From Bryobacterales bacterium (GTDB lineage Bacteria > Acidobacteriota > Terriglobia > Bryobacterales > Bryobacteraceae), in assembly GCA_027450225.1 (NCBI GenBank), contig DAIDJK010000144.1, positions 1 through 53,921 of the forward strand: a stretch of 53,921 nt of DNA, in the 5' to 3' direction. Position 1 is the stretch's first letter. Each line of letters starts with the position of its first letter. The notes beneath the pieces are model-generated. The model did not search any database. It was not told the origin of the DNA and worked only from the letters and a program-made list of their open reading frames with translations. Both the position numbers and the translations under genes were made by a program. Positions 1 to 9,156 of the stretch are shown piece by piece.

Positions 1-408
1 GGAATCGATATCGCCGTCTTTCAGCGAAACGTACGTGCCTTTCATTCCGCCATCCGGCGTTTTTTCGGCGCGGAAAAGCAGGCCGGCATCACACGTGGCA
101 GCGCAGCGGAACTCGGTGTAGAAATCGAGATCCTGGTAACCCTTGTTCATCACGAGCCAGCCGCCGGAGCCATTGCGGGGAGTGGCGGAGATTTCGCCGT
201 TGTTCGCGCGCCAGTCCGCCGGGCCGACCGGATGCCAGTTGCTGAGCGACGATCCCTGAAACGTGGAATCCGGGATAAAGTTATGGCTCACGGCAAACAG
301 GATGGAAAACAGCGCCGGGATGGCGATGAGAATCGTGACCGAAATTCGTTTTGACGTACTCCGCTCCTTCAGACCGGCCCGTGGAGATTCACGGGCGCGA
401 CATTGCAC
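1..408 (-). CDS. DUF1080 (3-keto-disaccharide hydrolase-like, lectin-fold) domain protein; N-terminal part only, gene runs off the window
   Basis: It is open-ended, so it is absent from the ORF track. My minus-strand translation reads ...KRISVTILIAIPALFSILFAV (signal/anchor helix), then SHNFIPDSTFQGSSLSNWHPVGPADWRANNGEISATPRNGSGGWLVMNKGYQDLDFYTEFRCAATCDAGLLFRAEKTPDGGMKGTYVSLKDGDIDS. The frame stays open to base 1. The W..vG...W....G.i.....GWL......Y.DF....EFR......G..FR pattern is typical of DUF1080. The start is unresolved (in-frame GTG at 408 or TTG at 417). Confidence 0.5.
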   Translation of the reverse strand, partial: MQCRARESPRAGLKERSTSKRISVTILIAIPALFSILFAVSHNFIPDSTFQGSSLSNWHPVGPADWRANNGEISATPRNGSGGWLVMNKGYQDLDFYTEFRCAATCDAGLLFRAEKTPDGGMKGTYVSLKDGDIDS

Positions 409-494
409 GATACGCAATGAACGTTGTTGACCAGAACTGACTTGAAAGACTATCACAACGCGGGCGAAGTTACGGCGCCCAGGGCGGAGCCGGC

Positions 495-1280
495 TCAGGT
501 CCAGAAGGGTTCTTTTGCGGGGATGAAACGGATGGGAATATCGGCGGGAATGAATGGCCGCATCCACTTGCCGAAATCCTCCATGCCGGGTTCCTCGGAG
601 ACGACGTGGCCGAGCGCGATGAAGCACTTCGGCATGCCGAGCGCATTCGCGTCGAGCACGTACTCCACGTCGTCGAAGAAGCCGTCGGCTTCCTGCTGCT
701 CGCCGCCGATTACCACGTCGGCATCCGCAGTTACACGGGGAGTGGCGTAACCGGGACCGAGCAGAATGCGGCTGACCTTCGTGCCGGGATCGCCAACGCA
801 GCGAAAGGCGTGCGCGCGCGTGAGCCGCTTCACGTTCGAGGCGAATTCCCCGAAGGTGGTTTCGGGGATGGTGTAGATGCGCGGGCGCATCACGGCGTCT
901 TCGCCGCCCTTCACGCCAACGGAGCGCAGCGAACCGACGACGGTGAAATCCGGATGCATGGCGTGCATGTGATCATGGCAGCGCCAGATGACCATGTCGT
1001 TCGTCAGAACGTATTCGGTCTTCTCTTTGTAGAGCGGGAGAGAGGAAACGTCCTTCGTTTCGTCGCGATCGTTCCAGAATGTGTCTTCGTGCGAAATGAC
1101 GAAATTCAGGCCGGCTGCGTGGGCGCGCTTCAGCATATCGAAGGTGACCATCACGGTGGTTGCGATGCCTTTCACCTGCGTATCGGGATTGCCGAGCTTG
1201 AACGTGTCCCGGTGCGACCTGTCGTTCCATGGCACGCCGATGTGCTGTTTGATCTGATCGACTACTTCGCTGGCGGTCAT
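495..1280 (-). CDS. NIF3-family (DUF34) metal-centre protein homologue, cytoplasmic form
   Basis: 261-aa ORF with NIF3-like layout and His/acid motifs: FVISHEDTFW, RCHDHMHAMHPD, ALGHVVSEEPGM. No signal peptide. Its start abuts the stop of the upstream paralogue (1281). Confidence 0.7.
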   Translation of the reverse strand: MTASEVVDQIKQHIGVPWNDRSHRDTFKLGNPDTQVKGIATTVMVTFDMLKRAHAAGLNFVISHEDTFWNDRDETKDVSSLPLYKEKTEYVLTNDMVIWRCHDHMHAMHPDFTVVGSLRSVGVKGGEDAVMRPRIYTIPETTFGEFASNVKRLTRAHAFRCVGDPGTKVSRILLGPGYATPRVTADADVVIGGEQQEADGFFDDVEYVLDANALGMPKCFIALGHVVSEEPGMEDFGKWMRPFIPADIPIRFIPAKEPFWT

Positions 1281-2189
1281 TCAGCTCGCTCTCCAGTAGG
1301 GATCGCTCACGCGAATCCAGCGCGACGGGACCTCTTTGACGACGTCTTTGAGCCACGCGGCGCATTCGCCCATGCCGGGATCTTCGGAAACGATGCGGCC
1401 GATGGTGACGAGGCCGTGGTTCTCGCCGGCGCTCAGAAGGTCAGCGGCGAAGAACGTGTTTTCCCACTCCCGCACTTCGCCGGCGAGCACAAGATCGGCA
1501 TCGGCGTAACGTTGCCACATGGTCTGGGCCGTCATGACGCCGGGGTGGAGCAGGACGCGCCGGATGCGCGCGTCGGGATTGCCCACGGCGCGAAGACCAC
1601 CGCGCAGATTGAGCTTCTCGCGAACGGCGGCGACGAGTTTCCGGGCGCTCGCGGGCGGAATGTCGTAGAGCGCGTCATCGCTCTTCACGCGGTACTTCGA
1701 CCAGCCGAGGGATTTCGCGAGACCCGCGACCATATCATCCTGCTTCTTCGCCTGCCAGTGATCGCGCAGGCGGAAGACGACGATGCCGTTCTTCTCGATG
1801 AAGTCGCGTTTGGCTTGATAGACGGGGTCGCCGGGCGAGATGCCGACGGGACCGCGGCCAGTCTGGGGCGCCTGCAGGGGACCGTCCGGGCGGCCGAAGA
1901 AGGTCGGCTCATACGTGAGGACGAGATTGGCGCCGGCCTGGTGCGCGCGGCGCAGGACATCGACCGTGGCCATCGCCGTCGTCGCGATGCCTTTGACAGG
2001 CGTCGCGGGATCGCCGCACTTGAAGCCGTCCGGTCCGTTGGCCGGCCATTCGCCGCCGAGCTCGGTATGGATGCGACCGGCCACCGATTCGGCGGTGAGC
2101 GGCTCCGCCGCGCGAAGACCGACAGCGGCGGCGCCCGCGGTTCCGGCGATTACCGCAAACCGGCGGCGGGATATTTCAGAATCTGCCAT
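1281..2189 (-). CDS. NIF3-like paralogue with twin-arginine (Tat) signal peptide
   Basis: I start it at M63 of the 1281..2375 ORF (cat at 2187-2189). The N-terminus is MADSEISRRRFAVIAGTAGAAAVGLRAAEP, i.e. SRRxF followed by an h-region and AxA-like site. The body aligns by eye to the neighbouring NIF3-like protein (VKGIATT, ...VSEDPGM...). The 62 codons upstream are S/T/R-rich and overlap the PEBP gene end. Confidence 0.7.
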   Translation of the reverse strand: MADSEISRRRFAVIAGTAGAAAVGLRAAEPLTAESVAGRIHTELGGEWPANGPDGFKCGDPATPVKGIATTAMATVDVLRRAHQAGANLVLTYEPTFFGRPDGPLQAPQTGRGPVGISPGDPVYQAKRDFIEKNGIVVFRLRDHWQAKKQDDMVAGLAKSLGWSKYRVKSDDALYDIPPASARKLVAAVREKLNLRGGLRAVGNPDARIRRVLLHPGVMTAQTMWQRYADADLVLAGEVREWENTFFAADLLSAGENHGLVTIGRIVSEDPGMGECAAWLKDVVKEVPSRWIRVSDPYWRAS

Positions 2190-2196
2190 CGGGAAC

Positions 2197-2778
2197 CTAC
2201 TTGTGGAAGCGGCCTTCCAGCACTGCTTTCGCGAGGATGTGACCGTTGATGGCTTTGAGTACATCGGCGCGGGTTGCATCCGGGCCGAGATCGAGTTTGG
2301 TATCGAGCGCGTAGAGTTCGAAAGTGTAGTGATGGTCCGGGCCCGCGGCGGGAGCGCCGGGGCCACGATAGCCAACCGTTCCGCCGCCGTTCTTCAGTTG
2401 AATTGCGCCGTCCTGAAGATTGGGCGAACCGCCGGGGACATTCTGGGGCAGACTCGTCGCGCTGCCGGGAATGTTGATGACCATCCAGTGCAACTGGTCT
2501 TCGGTGGTCTTCTGTTTGGCTACGTCGGGGTCGTGCATGTGAAGAACGAAGGTGACGACGCCCGTGGGAACATTCGTCCACTGGAGTTCGGGCGAAATCG
2601 GGTTGGGCACGCGCTGCGTGTATTTCGATGGAATCTCGCCACCATCGGAAAAATCGGGCGAGGTGAGCGTCATGCCGGGCTTGCCCTGGCCTTGCGCATG
2701 TGGCGGAAGTGTTGCGCCGAGGAAGGCAGCCGAGGCGGCCAGAGTCAGAAATCTGTTCCGTGTCATAAGAACAGACAA
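2197..2778 (-). CDS. YbhB/YbcL-family phosphatidylethanolamine-binding (PEBP/Raf-kinase-inhibitor-like) protein, secreted
   Basis: 193 aa with a signal peptide (FLTLAASAAFLGATLPPHAQG). PEBP motifs are present: LTSPDF.DGG.IP..YT, FVL.MHDPD, W.V.NIP, GY.GP.P..G..HHY.F.LYALD. Confidence 0.85.
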   Translation of the reverse strand: MSVLMTRNRFLTLAASAAFLGATLPPHAQGQGKPGMTLTSPDFSDGGEIPSKYTQRVPNPISPELQWTNVPTGVVTFVLHMHDPDVAKQKTTEDQLHWMVINIPGSATSLPQNVPGGSPNLQDGAIQLKNGGGTVGYRGPGAPAAGPDHHYTFELYALDTKLDLGPDATRADVLKAINGHILAKAVLEGRFHK

Positions 2779-2792
2779 TATACCCTCCGACC

Positions 2793-4190
2793 TCAGTTTG
2801 GCGAGGCGGCGGGAAAGTCTGATGGGACGGGGCTCACGCGTGACCCGTCCGTGATGGAATCGGCGGGATTCATGATGACCTGATCTCCATCATTTAAACC
2901 ATCGCTGACGTCGAGGCGGTCGCCATAATCGCGCTCGACCTGAATCTTTTGCAGGTGAACCGTGTCGTTGGCTCCGATCAGCGCGACCTGGGAGCCATTG
3001 CTGCGCACCACCAGCGCATTGGCCGGAATGACGAAAGGCGGATCGACGCGCTTCGTGGTGAAATCCACATCGGCATACATGCCGGGATCAAGCAGTCCGC
3101 CGCGATTATCCAGCTGAACTTCGGTGAGCAGTGTTCGGGTCGCCGGGTCGAGCGAATTGGCTGTGCGCGCCACCACGCCTTTGAACTGCCGCCCCGGAAG
3201 ATTCGCGACGGTGACGATGGCAGGCTCGCCCGGCCGTATGGAAGAAGAGTAACTCTGCGGCACGTTCACATAGATGCGCAGCCGGTCGGTTTGGGCGATG
3301 CGGAACAGAAGCGTGCTGCCGGTATTGACCAGCGCGCCGATATCGACGTTGCGAAGCGTGATGACGCCATTGAAAGGCGCCGTGACGACACGGTAATCGC
3401 GCAGCTTCTGCAATCTGGCGACGTTGGCGGCGGCGGCGGCGGCGGCGTTGCGCTGCGCGACCACAGCCTTTTCGAGCGATTGCACGTTCGCCACACGCGC
3501 GCGGTACTGCAACTGGTAGGTGTCGTTTTCCTGCCTCGATACGGCGCCGCGTCCGACGAGCGCGTTCCAGCGATCCGAACTGAGCCTTGCAAGCTCGAGA
3601 TCGGCGCGGCCCTGCTCGAGATTGGCCGAGGCTTCATCCGCGGCGGCGCGGGCCTGATCGAGCGCCGCGTTCGCCTGGCGCACCTGTTCTTCGAGTTCGG
3701 GAACATCGATTTCGGCAAGCGTCTGGCCGGCGCGGACGCGGTCGCCAATATCCGCGATGCGCTTCTGGATATAACCTTCGGCGCGCGCGAGGATGGGCGC
3801 TTCCGTGATGGGCTGAATATTGCCGGGAAGGCGCAGGCCGCTGGCGGCGGTGGAGCGGGCCACGCGAACCACATTCACGCGCGGCAGAGCGCGGGACTGC
3901 CCGGCGGATTCGGTTGCGATTTCGGCATTGCGCTTCTGCAGCGGCCCATATCCGGCGAGGAAAGCGACGACAAGCAGCACCGCCGCGCCCAGAATGAGCG
4001 CGGTGATGGTAATCCCCGACGGCTTCCAGATACGCGCGGGCGCCACGCCGGAATGCGCATCGTGACCCGGCGCCCGCCGCGCCTGCGCCAGTTCCCTGCG
4101 GAGTTCAGCGACTTCCTGGCGCAGCCGTTCTTCGGCGCTGCTATCCGGCCGCCCTGTTTGTTGCTCTTTCTCCTGTTCCCGGTACGGCAT
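2793..4190 (-). CDS. RND efflux periplasmic adaptor (membrane-fusion protein, HlyD family)
   Basis: 465 aa with an N-terminal anchor helix (ITITALILGAAVLLVVAFLAG) and a long alpha-hairpin (EEQVRQANAALDQARAAADEASANLEQGRADLELARL...). A beta-barrel/lipoyl-like segment follows (VTAPFNGVIT...). It starts 7 nt after the RND permease stop. Confidence 0.85.
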   Translation of the reverse strand: MPYREQEKEQQTGRPDSSAEERLRQEVAELRRELAQARRAPGHDAHSGVAPARIWKPSGITITALILGAAVLLVVAFLAGYGPLQKRNAEIATESAGQSRALPRVNVVRVARSTAASGLRLPGNIQPITEAPILARAEGYIQKRIADIGDRVRAGQTLAEIDVPELEEQVRQANAALDQARAAADEASANLEQGRADLELARLSSDRWNALVGRGAVSRQENDTYQLQYRARVANVQSLEKAVVAQRNAAAAAAANVARLQKLRDYRVVTAPFNGVITLRNVDIGALVNTGSTLLFRIAQTDRLRIYVNVPQSYSSSIRPGEPAIVTVANLPGRQFKGVVARTANSLDPATRTLLTEVQLDNRGGLLDPGMYADVDFTTKRVDPPFVIPANALVVRSNGSQVALIGANDTVHLQKIQVERDYGDRLDVSDGLNDGDQVIMNPADSITDGSRVSPVPSDFPAASPN

Positions 4191-4197
4191 TTGTTTT

Positions 4198-7100
4198 TCA
4201 GAAGTCCGTCAGCGCGTCCCATTCGGCGGATTGCCCGGCTTCGCGCTCCCTCTCGTGCAGTCTCTTCACATGATCCACCGGCGGCGACTTCCGCATCCAG
4301 GTATAAATTACCGGCACAATGAAAAGCGTGGTGGCCGTTGCAAACAGGAGGCCGCCGATGACGGCGCGGCCGAGCGGCGCGTTCTGCTCGCCCCCTTCGC
4401 CAAGTCCCAGCGCCATGGGCAGCATGCCGAGGATCATGGCAGTGGCGGTCATCAGGACCGGGCGCACACGCGCGAATCCGGCGGCGAGCATGGCGTCGCG
4501 GGCGCTGCTTCCATCTTCCCGCGAGTCGTTCGCGAAGGTGACCATCAGGATGCTGTTCGCGGTGGCGACGCCGATGCACATGATGCCGCCCATGAGCGAC
4601 GGGACGCTGAGGGTGGTTCCGGTGACGAAGAGCATCCACAATATGCCAGCCATCGCGCCGGGTAGCGCGGTAAGGATGATGAACGGGTCCACCCAGGATT
4701 GGAAATTCACCGTCATCAGCAGGTAGACGAGGATGACGGCGAAGACCATGCCGAGTTCGAGGCGGAAGAACGAGGACCGCATCGTTTCCACCTGGCCGCG
4801 GAGGTCGAAGAAAGTGCCGCGGGGCAGATGAGGTGTTTCCTCCCGCATGATCTTTTCGACTTCCGAGCCCACGCCGCCAAGATCGCGGCGATCGACGTTG
4901 GCGTAGATGTCGAAGACCGGCCAGACATTGTAGTGGTTCACGATGACCGGCGTATAACCCCGCTGCACCGTGACCAGGTTCGACAAGAGCTGGGTGCTGG
5001 CGGGCATTGCGCCCGGATTGCCGTACGCCTGCGAAGCGCCGCTGGGCGATGCGGCGACGAAGGATTCGCTCCCGAGTACCTGACCGCTGCTGGTTCCCGC
5101 CTGGCCGCCGGTGGCGACGGGGGTCCGGAGCAGGGCATCGAGCGAATCGATGTGATATTGGGGGGTCTGAACGGTGATGCCGTAATTGACGCCGTTCTTC
5201 CAGTTGAGCCAGAAATTCGGCGCGACCGTGCCGCTGCCGGTCAGCGACATGAGCATGCTGTTGGTGACATCCCGCTGCGTGAAGCCGAGTTCGGACGCCT
5301 TGACCCGATCGACGTTCAACTGGATGGCCGGAGACGCGACCACCTGATGAACGTGAACGTCCACGGCGCCGGGAATTTTCGCGATGCGGGCAGCGAGGCG
5401 CTGGGCGACCTGATAATTCGCCTCCGCGTCGCGGCCGACGACCTGGAGGTCGATGGGCGCGGGCAGTCCGAAGTTGACGATCTGAGTCGTGATGTTCGCG
5501 GGCTGGAAAAAGAATGTCATGTCCGGGAAGCGTTCGCTCAGACGCTTGCGAAGCAGGACCTCATATGCCTTGGTGGAACCGTGCTTTTCCCTGTTGAGCG
5601 AGATGAGAATCTCGCCATCGGCCGAGGAAATGGTCGGGATGTCGCCCTGGGCGATGGCGGGCCAGCTGTTCGGGATGCCGATATCGTCGATGAGCATGTC
5701 GAGCTCGCCGCGTGGGATGGTGGCGCGGATCTCGCGTTCGAGTTCGGCGAAGTGGGCTTCGGTCTCCTCGATGCGCATTCCGGCGTGACCGCGGGCATGC
5801 AGACGCATCTGGCCGGAATCGACGTCGGGAAAGAAATCCTGACCGACGAAATGCGCCAGCGTGAGAGAGCCGCCGGCGAAGAGGACGAAGGCGGCAAAGG
5901 CGGCGCCGCGATGATCGAGCGCAAACTGCAGCAGGCCCATGTAGTAATAGCGAAGGCGCTCGAAGGCGGCATTGAAGAGATGATGCGCGCGCCGGATGGG
6001 GCCGCCGCCATTGGCCGCGAAATCGCTTTCCGCGTCGCGGTGCTGCGCCATCTCGGCGCCGAGCAGATAGGACATCATCGTCGGCACGAGTGTTCGTGAA
6101 AGCAGATAGGACGCGAGCATGGCGAAGACGACGGCCATGGCGAGAGGCGTAAACAGATAGCGCGCGGTTCCAGTGAGCAGCAGAACGGGAACGAAGACGA
6201 TGCAGATGGATAGCGTCGCGACAAAAGTCGGGGCGGCGATCTGGGATGCGCCATCGAGCACGGCGCGGATGAGCGGCTTGCCCATGGCGATGTTGCGGTG
6301 GGTGTTCTCGATTTCGACGGTGGCGTCATCGACGAGAATGCCGACGGCAAGGGCGAGTCCGCCGAGGGTCATCACGTTCACGGTTTCGCCGAGCAGATTC
6401 AGAATGCAGAGCGACGTGAAGATGGAAAGCGGGATCGAGATGCAAACGATGAGCGTGCTGCGCCAGCTTCCGAGGAACAGCAGGATCATGGCGGCGGTGA
6501 GGCCGGCGGCTATCAGGGCTTCGCGCAGGACTCCCTGGATGGAGGCGCGAACGAATACGGATTGATCGGCGAGCGGGGTGACTTTCAGCTCCGGCGTGAC
6601 ATTCGAAAGAATTCTGGGCAGCGCGGCTTTCACGGCATTCACGATGTCGAGCGTGGAGGCCTTGCCGTTGCGCGTGATGGTGATGAGGACGCCGCGTGAG
6701 CCGTTGGTGCGAACGATGTTGTTCTGCACCTGGAAGCCGTCCCGCACGTGCGCGACGTCCTTTATATAGACCGTGGCGCCGTTGACGGTTTTGATGGGCA
6801 GATCGTTCAGAGCGGCCAGTACCGTGGGGCTGCTGTTCACCTGAATCTGATACTCGGTATCGGCCAGCTTTGCAGTGCCCGCGGGGAGAATCAGGTTCTG
6901 CAGGTTGATGGCGCTCGAGATGTCGGCCGGCGAGAGTTGCCGGGCATAGAGCTGATCCAGATTCAGATCCACCATGACGGCGCGCTGCTTGCCGCCGAAC
7001 GGATAGGACACCGACGCGCCCTGCACGGTACCAAGCGGGGTACGGATGAAGTTATTGCCGAGGTCGAAAATCTCCTGTTCGCTGAGCGTCGAACTGGAAA

Positions 7101-7530
7101 GGCCGAGTTGCAGGATGGGAACGCTGGCGGCATCGTACTTCAGGATGTTGGCGGGGAACATTCCCGGCGGCATCTGGCGAAGCGCGGTGTTCATGGTCGC
7201 CGTGGTCTGCGCCACTGCCATATCGATCTTTACGTTGGGATGGAAGTAGATCCGGACCACCGCATAACCGCTGTAAGACTGGGATTCGATATGTTCGATG
7301 TCGTTTACATTCGAGGTAAGGCTGCGCTCAAAGCCGGTAACAACGCGTTTCTCCATCTCTTCCGGAGATAACCCCGAGTAAACCCAAAGTACGCTGACGA
7401 TGGGGATATCGATGTAAGGGAAGATATCGACCGGCATCGTGACGATGGAAGTTACGCCGAGAAGCGCGATAAGGATCGCCATCACGACGAACGTATAGGG
7501 GCGGGAAAGTGCGAGCCGGACGATCCACAT
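4198..7530 (-). CDS. RND efflux permease (AcrB/AcrD/AcrF family)
   Basis: I start it at M59 of the 4198..7704 ORF (cat at 7528-7530), giving the canonical N-terminus MWIVRLALSRPYTFVVMAILIALLG. It is about 1110 aa with the typical 12-TM and two large periplasmic loops layout, and has GGLALAVGILVDDATVEIEN. No outer-membrane factor gene is adjacent. Confidence 0.9.
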   Translation of the reverse strand: MWIVRLALSRPYTFVVMAILIALLGVTSIVTMPVDIFPYIDIPIVSVLWVYSGLSPEEMEKRVVTGFERSLTSNVNDIEHIESQSYSGYAVVRIYFHPNVKIDMAVAQTTATMNTALRQMPPGMFPANILKYDAASVPILQLGLSSSTLSEQEIFDLGNNFIRTPLGTVQGASVSYPFGGKQRAVMVDLNLDQLYARQLSPADISSAINLQNLILPAGTAKLADTEYQIQVNSSPTVLAALNDLPIKTVNGATVYIKDVAHVRDGFQVQNNIVRTNGSRGVLITITRNGKASTLDIVNAVKAALPRILSNVTPELKVTPLADQSVFVRASIQGVLREALIAAGLTAAMILLFLGSWRSTLIVCISIPLSIFTSLCILNLLGETVNVMTLGGLALAVGILVDDATVEIENTHRNIAMGKPLIRAVLDGASQIAAPTFVATLSICIVFVPVLLLTGTARYLFTPLAMAVVFAMLASYLLSRTLVPTMMSYLLGAEMAQHRDAESDFAANGGGPIRRAHHLFNAAFERLRYYYMGLLQFALDHRGAAFAAFVLFAGGSLTLAHFVGQDFFPDVDSGQMRLHARGHAGMRIEETEAHFAELEREIRATIPRGELDMLIDDIGIPNSWPAIAQGDIPTISSADGEILISLNREKHGSTKAYEVLLRKRLSERFPDMTFFFQPANITTQIVNFGLPAPIDLQVVGRDAEANYQVAQRLAARIAKIPGAVDVHVHQVVASPAIQLNVDRVKASELGFTQRDVTNSMLMSLTGSGTVAPNFWLNWKNGVNYGITVQTPQYHIDSLDALLRTPVATGGQAGTSSGQVLGSESFVAASPSGASQAYGNPGAMPASTQLLSNLVTVQRGYTPVIVNHYNVWPVFDIYANVDRRDLGGVGSEVEKIMREETPHLPRGTFFDLRGQVETMRSSFFRLELGMVFAVILVYLLMTVNFQSWVDPFIILTALPGAMAGILWMLFVTGTTLSVPSLMGGIMCIGVATANSILMVTFANDSREDGSSARDAMLAAGFARVRPVLMTATAMILGMLPMALGLGEGGEQNAPLGRAVIGGLLFATATTLFIVPVIYTWMRKSPPVDHVKRLHEREREAGQSAEWDALTDF

Positions 7531-7730
7531 GGGGATTCCTGAAGGCCTCGACGACGGAACCGAGGATCCGCACGGGCAGGTAAGCAGTATACAAGAGGTC
7601 CGACCACGGTTGTGCCGTGACGCCGGAGTGCGACAATCCCGGCCGGGAGTGAAGAATTCGAACGTCGGTTTCAAAACGTCGCGACGCAGCCGATTGTTCC
7701 CCACGACGACTTTGCCGTGTCCGAACGGGC

Positions 7731-9125
7731 ATGAGGTTTCAACTGAAAATGGACAGGCGCGCGGGAGTTCGGCGCAGATTCGTCAGGTGGCTGGCCCCGG
7801 TGGTGGGAGCAGCGATTCCGGTGTTGTTATTTGCCCACTCCACTGGTCCCGATCCAGGGCACAGCGGCGTTCCGGGAGAATCGACGTGCGCTCAGTGCCA
7901 TTCCGGCGGCGCCGGGACAGGCAGCGTCAGCGTCTCGGGTTTCAACAGCGCCATGAACTATACGCCGGGAGTCGCACAGACTCTTACGGTCACGGTTGCG
8001 GACCCGGTTCAGAGGCGATGGGGATTCCAGCTCACCGCACGTCCCGCTTCAAATGCACAGCAGCAGGCGGGGACATTTACACCGGGTTCCGATGGCTTTA
8101 CGCAGCTCTCGTGCGGCGTGCTGCCATTCAACAGCGGATTTTTCGCGCAGGAGAACATTGGCGACAGTTGCGCCGGTTCGCTGAGCCAGCTTCCACTCGA
8201 ATACGTCGAGCACACGGCGGCCGGAACGCGGCTGGGGCAAACCGGCTCGGCGGCGTTTACTTTCACGTGGACGCCTCCGGCAACCGCGGTGGGCGACATC
8301 GTGATCTATGTTGCGGGCAATGCCGCAAACGGGGATGGAACGCCGTCGGGGGATCATATCTACCTTGCGAAATACACCGTTTCCGCAGTCGCTTCGAGCG
8401 CGCCGTCGATCACTTCGGTGGTGAATTCGGCGGGAGGCCAGAATACCATCGCCGCGGGTTCGTGGATGACAATTTACGGAAGCGGACTTTCGGCAACGAC
8501 CCGCGCGTGGCAGGCAAGCGATTTCACGAACAATGGCCAGGGCGAACCACAGCAACTCGACGGCGTGAGCGTAACTGTCGGGGGACAACCCGCATACATT
8601 TCGTACATCAGCCCGCTGCAGATCAATGCGCAGGTTCCGAATGCGCCGGTTGGGCAGACGACTGTGACGGTGACGAATTCGAACGGCACAAGCCAGAGCG
8701 CGAATGCGACAGTGGCGCTGGTTTCCCCGGCAGCGTTTGTGTGGAACGGGAAGTATGCGGTGGCGACGCGACCGGATTTCTCGCTGGTGGGGCCTCCAGG
8801 CCTTTTCTCCAGCGTGACCACAACGCCCGCCAGGCCGGGCGACACCATCATCATCTGGGCAACGGGATTCGGCGCCACCACGCCGTCGCTCGATCCGGGG
8901 ACGCTGACGCCCGCGAGCAGCGTAACGGTGAAGGACTCGATTACAACGACGATCGGCGGTCTGCTGGCCAATTTCGTGGGCGCCGCGATGACGCCGGGCA
9001 CGGCCGGTCTTTATCAGATCGCGGTTCAGGTTCCGTCCGGCGCCCAGACTGGCGATCAGCCTCTGGTGATGACGATCGATGGCGTGCAGTCGCCATCCGG
9101 CGTGTTCATCAACGTGCAGCAGTGA
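7731..9125 (+). CDS. Secreted protein: N-terminal CxxCH-containing Reeler-like beta-sandwich head plus TIGR03437-type C-terminal Ig-like module
   Basis: 464 aa with a signal/anchor (WLAPVVGAAIPVLLFAHS). The head reads TGPDPGHSGVPGESTCAQCHSGGAG...LTVTVADPVQRRWGFQLTAR. The C-terminal about 240 aa match the Solibacter C-terminal family pattern (WMTIYGSGLS...QINAQVP...TPGTAGLYQIAVQVPSGAQTGDQPLVMTIDG). Confidence 0.75.
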   Translation: MRFQLKMDRRAGVRRRFVRWLAPVVGAAIPVLLFAHSTGPDPGHSGVPGESTCAQCHSGGAGTGSVSVSGFNSAMNYTPGVAQTLTVTVADPVQRRWGFQLTARPASNAQQQAGTFTPGSDGFTQLSCGVLPFNSGFFAQENIGDSCAGSLSQLPLEYVEHTAAGTRLGQTGSAAFTFTWTPPATAVGDIVIYVAGNAANGDGTPSGDHIYLAKYTVSAVASSAPSITSVVNSAGGQNTIAAGSWMTIYGSGLSATTRAWQASDFTNNGQGEPQQLDGVSVTVGGQPAYISYISPLQINAQVPNAPVGQTTVTVTNSNGTSQSANATVALVSPAAFVWNGKYAVATRPDFSLVGPPGLFSSVTTTPARPGDTIIIWATGFGATTPSLDPGTLTPASSVTVKDSITTTIGGLLANFVGAAMTPGTAGLYQIAVQVPSGAQTGDQPLVMTIDGVQSPSGVFINVQQ

Positions 9126-9156
9126 GGATGGCAGCCGAGCTACAATCGCAGGCGCG

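Noticed and set aside
364-369. Strong Shine-Dalgarno-like AAGGAG (minus strand) inside the 5' region of the DUF1080 gene
   Set aside because: No in-frame ATG, GTG or TTG lies 4-12 nt downstream, and the next in-frame codons are AGT ACG TCA. It most likely just encodes Lys-Glu within the N-terminal region.
7660-7681. GAAC ... CGTC and duplicated AACGTCG in the RND / sensory-array divergent region, considered as an ECF-type promoter
   Set aside because: The spacing between AAC and CGTC is about 13 nt, shorter than the about 16-17 nt typical of ECF promoters. The repeat is short enough to occur by chance.
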